Virus record (IMG/VR): IMGVR_UViG_3300033076_000972
Span: 1-43,328 of that record
Source of the DNA: a virus
Lineage: Duplodnaviria; Heunggongvirae; Uroviricota; Caudoviricetes
Length of the DNA: 43,328 bases
Reading direction: 5' to 3' (one strand)
The notes beneath the pieces are model-generated. The model worked only from the letters and a program-made list of their open reading frames with translations, was not told where the DNA came from and did no database searches. Position numbers and translations under genes: made by a program. The first letter of the stretch is position 1; the number at the start of each line of letters is the position of its first letter. Of this stretch, positions 8,588-17,508 are shown piece after piece.

Positions 8588-11500
8588 TAGAATATAACTT
8601 TACCATTAAATGTATTTTTATCAGGATTACTATTTTGTCCTGTGTAAAGATTTTTTAATCTTGTTTTATCATTATCAGTTGCGGATGGGTTAAGAGTAAT
8701 ACTTGTTATTCTTTTATTCTTAATTAAAGTTGTAGCGTCACCAGGAATGTAACTTTTCTTATACTCTTTATTGTATGTTGAGAAAATTTCACTCATTTTT
8801 TTCTTTTCCCCGTCAGCGGGTTCTTTATAATATTTAGTTAAATTTTTACTAATAAAACTTGTCCAATCTTTTGTAGTAAATGAACCTATTACTTGAGTTT
8901 CAAACGCTTTATAGTTATTAGCCAATTGCCATCCAAATACTAAAAAGAATCTTTTATCAGCTGCGTTAGTTGCAAAACTACCATTTGGTAATACATAGTT
9001 TTGGTCATCACTATAAGTTGATGTTATGATTTTTTTAGTTTCCAAATTTGTCTCTAATAAATTAATTAATGGTGAGTAAGTATTCATCATTATACCAATT
9101 TCATTTACAGTCGTTGCACTATCTATATTATAAATTTGTGGAACCCCTTTAGTATCAATATAACCATCAATTCCTTGAATTACATAGTTCAATTTGTCTA
9201 TGTTTCTTGTCATAGTAAGTTGAAGTTTTGATAATTCATTACTTGTGTTTACAAGTTTATCTGTAAATGCTGGTTTATAATCATTTACCAATTTTTTTAA
9301 TTGGTTATTGAAGTTGTTTTGGTCAACGGATTTAAAATTTTGTTTCAACATTTCCTGTTGAATAGTTAATGAGTTTGTACTAATATCACTTAATAATGAA
9401 CTAAATAACGTGTCAATTTTACTTTCAAACGTTGATTTACCAAAGATTGTAAGATTAGTCTGTGTTGCCGATGGGCTACCAAATTCATTCATTTGACCTG
9501 ATTTATAATCACGGTCTTTGGTGTATAACATTAAAATACCACTATTGTATTGTTCACTAATTTGTTTTAATTTATCGTATTCACCTTGAGTAAAATTATT
9601 AAAACTTCCGATGAAATCATTAACAATACCTTTATAGGCAATATTAGCGGTTGTGCCACTGTTTTTAAATTTACCATCAACATCACCAATAGTAGTTCCC
9701 CCTTCATTTTGAAGTGTAGAGTTTGTATTTTTAATTGTGTCGCCAGTTGGTTCTGTCTTTTCAATAAACTGTTTGTTGTAAGCTGAAACCTGTAATGAAT
9801 CAGTTGCTCTTTCATCATACATTTCAGTATTGGCAAAGAAATTAAACGACAATGCGTTTTGTAATTCATCAATTGGTCCTTTTAATCCTTGACCACCAAT
9901 AAATTTGAATCCCATACTTACGGTTACAATCATTGGTTGTACACCAATACCTTCAGGGTTCAAATCATATTTTGAATCATCATATGAAAAATTACAACTA
10001 TCAATAACAACTTTCGAGTGATAAAAATCACCAACTCTTAAAATACAGATTGGTGGTGCACCAAATGATGTGTTTCGAGCATCAGTATCAATTAAATTAC
10101 CACCAGCTTGTTTTGTTGGGATAGTATCACCAGGTCTTGTACATTGTAATAAAAATGTTAATCTTTCATTCAAACCCTCAGGTGTCATAGAGTGAAACGC
10201 TGGATGAAAATATTTTAACTTTTCTTTTAAAGAGTCATAAACAAATGGATTACTTTCTTTCATAAATTTAAAGTAATCCGCCTCACTCAAAAGTTTTCTA
10301 ATAACTTGTTTAGAAATAGATTCTTGTGTTGGTACCGCAGGTGTGTTGAAATTATTTATAATATTCTTTTGATTTTCATTTAATAAAGTATCAATAGCGC
10401 TAATGGCACCCGATGCAACTCCACCATTTGGATTGTTTAAGTTTGGAAGTGGCGTTTCAATGATATCTTCAATGATAACTCTTCTACAACCCACAGGTCC
10501 TGTACCATATTGGTCAGTTGTTGTTGTACTACATTTATAGTTTTGTGGTTGAATTGTTTCATCCGCAGAACCATTTGACTTAGAAATCTTAACTCTTTTA
10601 TCGTTATTCAATAAAGTTTTGATTGAATCTTCAATACATGTGTTTCTTTCAGACTCAATATTATTTCCTTCGTTATATGATATATTTGAGCGTAATCTAA
10701 TTTCAATAGTTACATTGGCATTTGATGACAATAATGTTTTAATACTTTCAGTAAATGCTGTTAACGCATTTTCTGAAGATGTTATTAATGTCTGTTGGGT
10801 AGAATTAATTTTACTGTAATTAGGACTTGTTGTATAAGTAACAACATTGTTTGAGTAGTTGGTTCCCCCACCACTATTGTAGTCAAAATAAAACTGTGTT
10901 GATTTGTAAGCACTTAATTGTGGTGTATAAACTTGTTGTCCTACATTTGAATTTGAACTTAAAGAGCCACCGGCAGCGTCACCACCAATATTTAATGATT
11001 GATTAACAACATCTTTAATTTTTTCAGGATTACTTGAACCATTAATGATTTTTTGAATCTGTCCCAATTCTGTTGGTGAGAAATTGTTATATCTCTTTGA
11101 CAATTCATATATATCAAATTTTGTAAGTCCCGCAAAGAATGAATCAATTACTTGGTCAGCAATTTGACTTGATGATGTATTATTTAAAACTCTATTAACC
11201 AATAAATTCATTACTGAAGGGTGGTCGACAATTACCTTAAAAGATAATTGACCGCTTCTTTCAGAACTTTGATATGTGTAAATTTTTTCAGGTCTACCCA
11301 AAAAAGAATTACCTTCCCAAGACGCTGAGTTGTTTTCACTAAATGTTAAATCATACGGTGGGAACCACATAATTCTACCTCCATTTGGTCCTTTTTCAGA
11401 TTCAGGTAAATCAGAATATCTAAATCCAGGTCTTCTTGATGTTCTCCATGCAAGGTTTTCTAATGACAACATATATTTTTTAACTTGTCCACCTTGTAGT

Positions 11501-13230
11501 GTTGTTGAGTCAGGTCCTGATGTTGGGTATATGTTTAGGTTATATGTTTTATCTAAAATAGAATATGGATTTTTTCTTATTCCACCATCACTCTTAACCA
11601 ATTTTTGATTATCATAATATGGAATATCTTTAGCAAATACTCTACCATATTCCTCACCTTTGAATATACCATTGTTATCTGTATATCTAATAACTCTTGA
11701 ACCTTTTGTAATTTCTTTATATCCATCGTTGAATACTTTTGAAACTTGGTCAATCGCATTACCTACGTGTTGTAATCTTTTACCACCAGCCGGTTGTGAG
11801 TTAATTAATCTTTGTGTATCATCTAAAATACCACCTTGTTTAAGTGCATATCCTGTTGATTCACTTCTTGTATAATTTGCTGCGATTGGTTGATACTCAG
11901 GGTCTTGACCTTTTATATCACCACCAACACCAACTTTAAATCCGGCATTTCCTTTATATTTTGGTGAAACCCAAGTAAATCCACCCTGAACACCACCACC
12001 CTCTATGGTAGGGGTTTGGTTTAATCCGAATTTAAAATCAACGTTGTTCTCATATAATTTAGCTAAATTACTTGGTCCGTATACGTTTGTTTCAACTTCA
12101 ACACCAAATTGGTTTACCGGAATTTGTCCTGAAGGTGATACAATATCTAATGGTTCAGATGTTCTACTACCAATATAATAATTTCCTTTTGGTGCCGTTA
12201 AATTTAAGTTACTTAAAAAATTAGCTTTGTAGTCAGGTGTATAATAGTTTAAAGATAAATTATTAAATAATACTTTTCTTGAACCACCACTAGTGTATGC
12301 TAAAAATACATCTGATGAACTTTTTTTACTTGGTAATACCGATGGAAATCCAAATACATTAGCAACTGCGTTGATTGCTTGGTTTAATATACTTTTTTTA
12401 CCTACGTTGTTAAAATAATCACCAGGTATGTACGAATATGGTGAATAAACACCTGTGACTCTTGAAATAAAATCTAATCCTTTACCTATAATACTATCAG
12501 GTACTGTGATATGCCAATCAGGTTCTATTAAAGGTTGTCTGCCCGTTATTAAATTTAATATTCTATAAGGGTCACTACCTGTTTGAAGAGCGTTTGCTCT
12601 ACCTAAAGTTTGTTGGTAAGTTTCTAAAGCGATTGAAGATTCGAATAATTTTCTTAAGTTGGTCGCACCTATTTGAGCTAATGATGAATCTTGTGATAAT
12701 GAACCTAAAGTACCAATAGGGTCTTTACTTAAAAGAATATTAATTGGTCTGTAACTTGAAGCTCTGAATGTATAATATTCTGCTCTTGTCGTTAATTGTC
12801 TAACAATTAATTCTAACTCAGATGATGCGTCTACCCATCCGTCTTGTGGTCCAAATAAATTTTTAGTTATTAAATTTTTTTGTGAAAATTGTGCTTCGTC
12901 AAACTTTTTGGTTTGTGGACTAGCAAAATTAAATTCACCCTCATTTGAGTTATTTATTACAACATCATTATTAGCAGTTGTTTTATATCCCCCATCAGGA
13001 CCGTATTGGTTAACCGTGTATAATCTTTTCTTTTCAGGAATTGATGTGTCAATCATGTCCGGTTGATTTACCAAAGGTACATCAATCCAAGTTGTTTCTT
13101 TAGTATATGCTTGGTTTTTTGGGACAACTCTTGTTCCTGAACCTTTAACAAAATAAGGTTCCAAGTTAGACGCAATTAATTTTTTTCTAAATTGGTCTGA
13201 AGCTGAAAATGATAATAAGTTGTCTGCCAT
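8587..13230 (-). CDS. Large baseplate / tube-initiator protein (gp48/gp54-like domains) with an inserted degenerate OmpA-like domain
   Basis: 1547 aa between the tape measure and gp53-like genes. It has two tube-initiator-like blocks (MWFPPYDLTFSEN...LGRPEKIYTYQSSERSGQLSFKVIVDHP and GAPPICILRVGDFY...PMIVTVSMGFKFIG). Confidence 0.55.
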   Translation of the reverse strand: MADNLLSFSASDQFRKKLIASNLEPYFVKGSGTRVVPKNQAYTKETTWIDVPLVNQPDMIDTSIPEKKRLYTVNQYGPDGGYKTTANNDVVINNSNEGEFNFASPQTKKFDEAQFSQKNLITKNLFGPQDGWVDASSELELIVRQLTTRAEYYTFRASSYRPINILLSKDPIGTLGSLSQDSSLAQIGATNLRKLFESSIALETYQQTLGRANALQTGSDPYRILNLITGRQPLIEPDWHITVPDSIIGKGLDFISRVTGVYSPYSYIPGDYFNNVGKKSILNQAINAVANVFGFPSVLPSKKSSSDVFLAYTSGGSRKVLFNNLSLNYYTPDYKANFLSNLNLTAPKGNYYIGSRTSEPLDIVSPSGQIPVNQFGVEVETNVYGPSNLAKLYENNVDFKFGLNQTPTIEGGGVQGGFTWVSPKYKGNAGFKVGVGGDIKGQDPEYQPIAANYTRSESTGYALKQGGILDDTQRLINSQPAGGKRLQHVGNAIDQVSKVFNDGYKEITKGSRVIRYTDNNGIFKGEEYGRVFAKDIPYYDNQKLVKSDGGIRKNPYSILDKTYNLNIYPTSGPDSTTLQGGQVKKYMLSLENLAWRTSRRPGFRYSDLPESEKGPNGGRIMWFPPYDLTFSENNSASWEGNSFLGRPEKIYTYQSSERSGQLSFKVIVDHPSVMNLLVNRVLNNTSSSQIADQVIDSFFAGLTKFDIYELSKRYNNFSPTELGQIQKIINGSSNPEKIKDVVNQSLNIGGDAAGGSLSSNSNVGQQVYTPQLSAYKSTQFYFDYNSGGGTNYSNNVVTYTTSPNYSKINSTQQTLITSSENALTAFTESIKTLLSSNANVTIEIRLRSNISYNEGNNIESERNTCIEDSIKTLLNNDKRVKISKSNGSADETIQPQNYKCSTTTTDQYGTGPVGCRRVIIEDIIETPLPNLNNPNGGVASGAISAIDTLLNENQKNIINNFNTPAVPTQESISKQVIRKLLSEADYFKFMKESNPFVYDSLKEKLKYFHPAFHSMTPEGLNERLTFLLQCTRPGDTIPTKQAGGNLIDTDARNTSFGAPPICILRVGDFYHSKVVIDSCNFSYDDSKYDLNPEGIGVQPMIVTVSMGFKFIGGQGLKGPIDELQNALSFNFFANTEMYDERATDSLQVSAYNKQFIEKTEPTGDTIKNTNSTLQNEGGTTIGDVDGKFKNSGTTANIAYKGIVNDFIGSFNNFTQGEYDKLKQISEQYNSGILMLYTKDRDYKSGQMNEFGSPSATQTNLTIFGKSTFESKIDTLFSSLLSDISTNSLTIQQEMLKQNFKSVDQNNFNNQLKKLVNDYKPAFTDKLVNTSNELSKLQLTMTRNIDKLNYVIQGIDGYIDTKGVPQIYNIDSATTVNEIGIMMNTYSPLINLLETNLETKKIITSTYSDDQNYVLPNGSFATNAADKRFFLVFGWQLANNYKAFETQVIGSFTTKDWTSFISKNLTKYYKEPADGEKKKMSEIFSTYNKEYKKSYIPGDATTLIKNKRITSITLNPSATDNDKTRLKNLYTGQNSNPDKNTFNGKVIF

Positions 13231-13280
13231 CTTATACTGTTTTTTATAAATAGATGAAACAGGATTTTTTATTTATATTT

Positions 13281-14861
13281 TTAAGGCCCAACACTGTATC
13301 CACTCTTATCAGATACTGTGGTTTTAACAGATTTTGCAATCTCATTTGCAATATGTATTTTAACAACATCAGACAATCCAACATCTAATCCTGTAACTCT
13401 AACATCAATAACAGGATTACCTTCCACTTTAATAAATTTATCTTTTGATACTGCTTGGGTATATTCATTTATTCTATCCAAAAAAGTTTCTGTTCCACTA
13501 GCAGAGAAAGAACTTTTTAAATCTCCTAGTATTTTACCACCACCTTCAATTGATTTGTCTAAAATATTTTTTACTTGTTCTTGAGCTTTTACAACAACAC
13601 CTGTGTATCCTTCTAAAGAAGTTGAAAAATTACCAGCTTGTAAAGTTGCCATTGAAAATGCATTTGTTAATTGGTTGTTAGCTAAAATAACTGATTCAGT
13701 TGCCGATAAATTTCGTTGTATACTATCAATATTAGCATCGGTGTTATTTTTTAATTCACTACCTGAACCTTGAATATTTGATAAAATTTCTTTTACTTTC
13801 TCAGGAGTTAATCCACCAATATCTTGACCTTCAATTGTTACAACACCACCTTTTTGTAATTGAGCATAACCCGCAAGTGTTTCTTGTTCTTCTTTAGACA
13901 ATCCTTCAAATTGTGGTTTAAATTGGAATTGACTTATAATTTGTTCTTGTTTTGCTAACTTTAAAGCGGTTTCTTCAATTTTATCGGCCTCAATTCCAAG
14001 ATTTTTCAATCCCTTTAATCTTAATCTTTCATTCGCACTTATTTCAAACTGACCTGTTTCTTTATTAAATGTTGCAATACCTCTTGTGGCATTAATTAAT
14101 TGGTCATTTAATCCTTTTAAATCATTTTGAGCCATGTACAATAATTGTGCACCATCACCTAATTGTGAAAATGAACCACCTAATGTTTGTAATTGAGCAG
14201 CATATTCATAAGCCTTTTCAGGACTATCCATAATTTGGTCGGCAAAATTTTGTGCAACACTTAATGTATCACCTAAGAGTTGTGACTTAGCAACCATTGA
14301 CGCCAAGTCAGATACTCCTTTGGGAAATCCGTATTTGTTAACAATGTCTAATTTACCTGCAACTGAACCAAGAAATTGTCCAACATTTAATCCATAAGCT
14401 TTAGCAGTATTAACTAATTGAATTTGTTTTTCAGTTGCTGCGTCCATACCGCCACCAACTTTGTCAAAAAACTTGACAAAAGAATTAATAGTCTCACCTT
14501 TAACACCGTATTTTTCAATCGCTTCAACATTTTCATAAAATTGTTGAGACAGATATGTTGTTCTACCTATTTGTGTGTTAATTTCGGTAAACGTTTTAAT
14601 AACGTCTTCCAAAGACCCACCCATTTTAACAACATTAACCGCAGCTCTTCCTAATTCGTTTTCAACACTTTTTGCGTAAGCAGCACTTTGTCCTAAATTT
14701 CTGGCATTAGATATTAACTTAGTGTCAAAATTTGACACAGTATTAAGTGTATCTTTAAAATTACCTTTTAACCTTTCAGATATTTTACCAACTTTTTCAA
14801 GTTCAGCGGCAAGTCCTGTTACTTGGGTGGTAGTTTGGGTTACTTCGTTTTGTTCCGGCAT
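13281..14861 (-). CDS. Tape measure protein
   Basis: 526 aa, helical and Ala/Gln/Leu-rich, positioned after the tube and chaperone pair and before the baseplate genes. Confidence 0.65.
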   Translation of the reverse strand: MPEQNEVTQTTTQVTGLAAELEKVGKISERLKGNFKDTLNTVSNFDTKLISNARNLGQSAAYAKSVENELGRAAVNVVKMGGSLEDVIKTFTEINTQIGRTTYLSQQFYENVEAIEKYGVKGETINSFVKFFDKVGGGMDAATEKQIQLVNTAKAYGLNVGQFLGSVAGKLDIVNKYGFPKGVSDLASMVAKSQLLGDTLSVAQNFADQIMDSPEKAYEYAAQLQTLGGSFSQLGDGAQLLYMAQNDLKGLNDQLINATRGIATFNKETGQFEISANERLRLKGLKNLGIEADKIEETALKLAKQEQIISQFQFKPQFEGLSKEEQETLAGYAQLQKGGVVTIEGQDIGGLTPEKVKEILSNIQGSGSELKNNTDANIDSIQRNLSATESVILANNQLTNAFSMATLQAGNFSTSLEGYTGVVVKAQEQVKNILDKSIEGGGKILGDLKSSFSASGTETFLDRINEYTQAVSKDKFIKVEGNPVIDVRVTGLDVGLSDVVKIHIANEIAKSVKTTVSDKSGYSVGP

Positions 14862-14872
14862 AATAATAAATA

Positions 14873-15088
14873 TTATTTATTGGATTTTTCACGAGCTTCA
14901 ATAATCATATCGTGTTCTTGAAGAACTTTGCCAATAAAATATTTACGTTCATATGTTGGCATACTCATAACGTCAACATAAGAAAAGTTGGCGTTTTTAA
15001 CCAAAAAAAATATTTCGTCTAATAATATTTTTTTATATTCCGAAGAAAGGACGAAAAAAGTCAACCCCAAAATTGACAGTAATGTCAA
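14873..15088 (-). CDS. Second tail-assembly chaperone ORF (T / cyanophage gp51-like), probably expressed as a frameshift extension from ~15052
   Basis: FSYVDVMSMPTYERKYFIGKVLQE is a typical 'T'-chaperone motif. The frame opens after a TGA with only a TTG at 15088, has no ATG until codon 41, and overlaps the end of the upstream ORF in the +1 frame. Confidence 0.7.
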   Translation of the reverse strand: MTLLSILGLTFFVLSSEYKKILLDEIFFLVKNANFSYVDVMSMPTYERKYFIGKVLQEHDMIIEAREKSNK

Positions 15089-15785
15089 TCATTTCTCCTG
15101 ACGGGGTTCTAACTTGTTTGGTTAAATCCAATCTTGGTTCAACCTCTTTTAAAAATTTTCTAATGAATTTTGAGTCGGCAATTGGCATCTGTTGAACATA
15201 TTTTACAATAGACTCTCTATCCGTACTACCATTGATTGAAACAATCTGAGCCTCCAATTTTCTTGTAATAATTGGAGCAATCATACTTTTTGGATAAATT
15301 TCCATTTCTTTATCAATCATATTTTCTTCACCATAAGTTAAAAGTTTTAATTTAACAATATCCTTAGAGATTGGTAAATTTGTTTCAAATAAACCTTCTT
15401 GGTCAGGTGTTACGTCAACTTTTTTTATATTCAATTCACTTAAATCAACTTCAGCATCAAATCTTTGATTTGTTTTTGGGTCAAAAGATGATAAAACATA
15501 TCTTGTTCCAAAAGCAGTATTTCTTAAAAACAATAAGATTGCTTCAATGTCACCACCTAGCATATCGTCAATTCTAAAATCAGGCTCGTAAATTTTTGAT
15601 TTTAACAATTGGTTAATAACATTGTCACTATTTGAACTCATTAAAAGGTTTTCATCTTGGGCGGTCAAATATCCAACCTTAACTGATTTCTTTTTATTAG
15701 CATAAAATAAACCTTGTGAAGGTAGTGGTACCACATCGTGTGGTAAGTTAAAATTCATTTGTCCGTATTGTATTTCGTTTTCCAT
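15033..15785 (-). CDS. Tail assembly chaperone / baseplate hub assembly protein, T4 gp26-like
   Basis: Contains LPHDVVPLPSQGLFY...VKVGYLTAQDENLL...DIEAILLFLRNTAFG and ends VNFGVDFFRPFFGI. Start ATG at 15785; the track start at 15797 is a TTG inside a hairpin. Confidence 0.75.
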   Translation of the reverse strand: MENEIQYGQMNFNLPHDVVPLPSQGLFYANKKKSVKVGYLTAQDENLLMSSNSDNVINQLLKSKIYEPDFRIDDMLGGDIEAILLFLRNTAFGTRYVLSSFDPKTNQRFDAEVDLSELNIKKVDVTPDQEGLFETNLPISKDIVKLKLLTYGEENMIDKEMEIYPKSMIAPIITRKLEAQIVSINGSTDRESIVKYVQQMPIADSKFIRKFLKEVEPRLDLTKQVRTPSGEMIDITVNFGVDFFRPFFGI

Positions 15786-15789
15786 AAAA

Positions 15790-15814
15790 AAAGCCAAGGA
15801 TTACCCTTGGCTTT
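15790..15814 (-). terminator. Terminator-like hairpin after the tail tube gene
   Basis: AAAGCCAAGG-GTAAT-CCTTGGCTTT (10-bp stem). The U-tract runs directly into the chaperone ATG. Confidence 0.7.
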
Positions 15815-15850
15815 AAATATAAACTGACTTTGTTTTTTGTAAATGAAATA

Positions 15851-16339
15851 TTAATAAACTAAGATACATCTATCAGGACGAAGTGTTGCTGAGATGGTTT
15901 GTAAACCGTCATCAGTATATGACACACCCTGAAAGTCCACGTCTGTTAGGAAACAACCTTGTAAAATCCATTTTTCAACCGCAACACCTGTCGGGTCTAA
16001 CATTTCCAAAGTAATATCCTTTTTATAACCAGCAGCATATCCCATACGACCTGTTACTGATTCAGCGTGTAAACGAACCCATTCCATAAGTGCTTGAGCA
16101 GCTGATGGTCCAATAGGGTCACGGAAAGTAACACCAATGGTTCCCCATTCAAACATACCAGCAACATATGTTTTTGTGTTTAGGAATGCAATATCTTTAG
16201 ATGCAATTGTTATTTTTGGTCTAGCAGCAGATTCTACATACCAAGAATTAATACCCAATGAAGTAGGAAACGTTAAAATAAATCGGTTTTTACGTTTTGG
16301 TTCATACGGGTCGGGCATTTTCATTAATAAGTCAGCCAT
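15851..16339 (-). CDS. gp19: Tail tube protein, T4 gp19-like
   Basis: Contains YEPKRKNRF, VESAARPKI, AGMFEWGTIGVTFRDPI, ALMEWVR and EKWILQGCF. 162 aa, downstream of the sheath gene. Confidence 0.9.
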   Translation of the reverse strand: MADLLMKMPDPYEPKRKNRFILTFPTSLGINSWYVESAARPKITIASKDIAFLNTKTYVAGMFEWGTIGVTFRDPIGPSAAQALMEWVRLHAESVTGRMGYAAGYKKDITLEMLDPTGVAVEKWILQGCFLTDVDFQGVSYTDDGLQTISATLRPDRCILVY

Positions 16340-16451
16340 TTTATTATATTTTTGTTTTAGTTTCTTTAGTTTATTTACCTATAAATACTTGATTATCCAA
16401 ATTTTTTCTCTTATATTATCTAGGCGTTCTAGTTTATTATTTTATTATATA

Positions 16452-17306
16452 TTAATATCTAGTTTTAGTTTGAGCTTTGGTTAAATATGTAGTTACTGGA
16501 TGCTCTAGTCCAAATTCTTTGTTTAAGAATTCTTTAACTTTTTCCACATTTCTTTCATCATCATCTGAAAAACCTATTGAAGGGACCACGAAATTATTGG
16601 ACACGTCATTTTTGAACAATACTTTTCCACCCACTTTGTTTGCAAGGTCTTTACAATAACTGATAAAATCTCTTAAAGCATTTATTTTTCCTTCTTCAGG
16701 ATTGGCTTCAGAACCAGTTCCGAATGATACAGGATGAAAACGACACATATCCAAATATTCTTTAATCATAGTATCGTCATCTTTAATCTCCTCACCTGTA
16801 AAATCACGGTATTTCTTTAATGATTCTACCAACTTTTCTTGGTCTAAACCTCCTACATTATTTTTGATGAGTTTGTAAACAGCTTGTTTTAAAACTTTTG
16901 GGTTGTGTCCACGTGCTGTGATGATTGCAAAAATTGACCCACCATTAATACACTCAACAAAATCATCCCATGATGGTCCAAAACTTGCCGACATTACATC
17001 AATCAAAAATTGTTTTTCACCCTCACCTCTGAAATTTCTAAAAGGATTTGGTGCAAAACCAACTATATTTTTTCCATTATAGACAAATGGTTTTTTTCCC
17101 AAATCGTGTCTATGTTCTGCGAAATCATCAGTTGACATACCAATTTCATTATCATTATCGTCTAAAACCATAATTTTTGTTGGCATGTTCATTACATTAT
17201 CATCCCAATCAAAAGCATAATATTTGTGGTCAGGTAATCCTGATGGGTCCATTCCCTCAGTTACCATTTCTAACAAATGTTTTCTTATTGATTTTTTTAA
17301 ATTCAT
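16452..17306 (-). CDS. HAD-superfamily phosphatase-like protein
   Basis: Motif I YAFDWDD, motif II IITARGH, a Lys (EEGKINA) and motif IV IGFSDDD. Confidence 0.7.
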   Translation of the reverse strand: MNLKKSIRKHLLEMVTEGMDPSGLPDHKYYAFDWDDNVMNMPTKIMVLDDNDNEIGMSTDDFAEHRHDLGKKPFVYNGKNIVGFAPNPFRNFRGEGEKQFLIDVMSASFGPSWDDFVECINGGSIFAIITARGHNPKVLKQAVYKLIKNNVGGLDQEKLVESLKKYRDFTGEEIKDDDTMIKEYLDMCRFHPVSFGTGSEANPEEGKINALRDFISYCKDLANKVGGKVLFKNDVSNNFVVPSIGFSDDDERNVEKVKEFLNKEFGLEHPVTTYLTKAQTKTRY

Positions 17307-17452
17307 TACTTTTTGTTTTTTGATAATTTAGCAATAACTAATTCTAATTGTGATTCAGTTAAAACAATGTTTTGTGGTTTTTCAGAATAAGTTTTTTTAC
17401 CATTAGTTGGTACTTGTAAACTCTCCATTAATACTTTTTTTGTGAATTCCAT
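17306..17452 (-). CDS. Small 48-aa protein of unknown function
   Basis: ATG at 17452 (MEFTKKVLMESL...IVLTESQLELVIAKL), preceded by TATTTAT, with TAATG coupling to the HAD gene. The track's longer start at 17500 runs through the terminator. Confidence 0.65.
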   Translation of the reverse strand: MEFTKKVLMESLQVPTNGKKTYSEKPQNIVLTESQLELVIAKLSKNKK

Positions 17453-17472
17453 AATTTTATATATAAATAATA

Positions 17473-17498
17473 GGGAGGGGGTTTTTATTTCCCCTCCC
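17473..17498 (-). terminator. Intrinsic terminator after the sheath gene
   Basis: GGGAGGGG / CCCCTCCC inverted repeat with a 10-nt loop, followed on the minus strand by an A/U-rich tail. Confidence 0.75.
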
Positions 17499-17508
17499 AT
17501 GTTTATTT

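Noticed and set aside
14996-15010. U8 run (AUA UUU UUU UUG) as an alternative slippery site
   Set aside because: It lies downstream of the G stop codon inside ORF T, so it cannot join the two chaperone frames.
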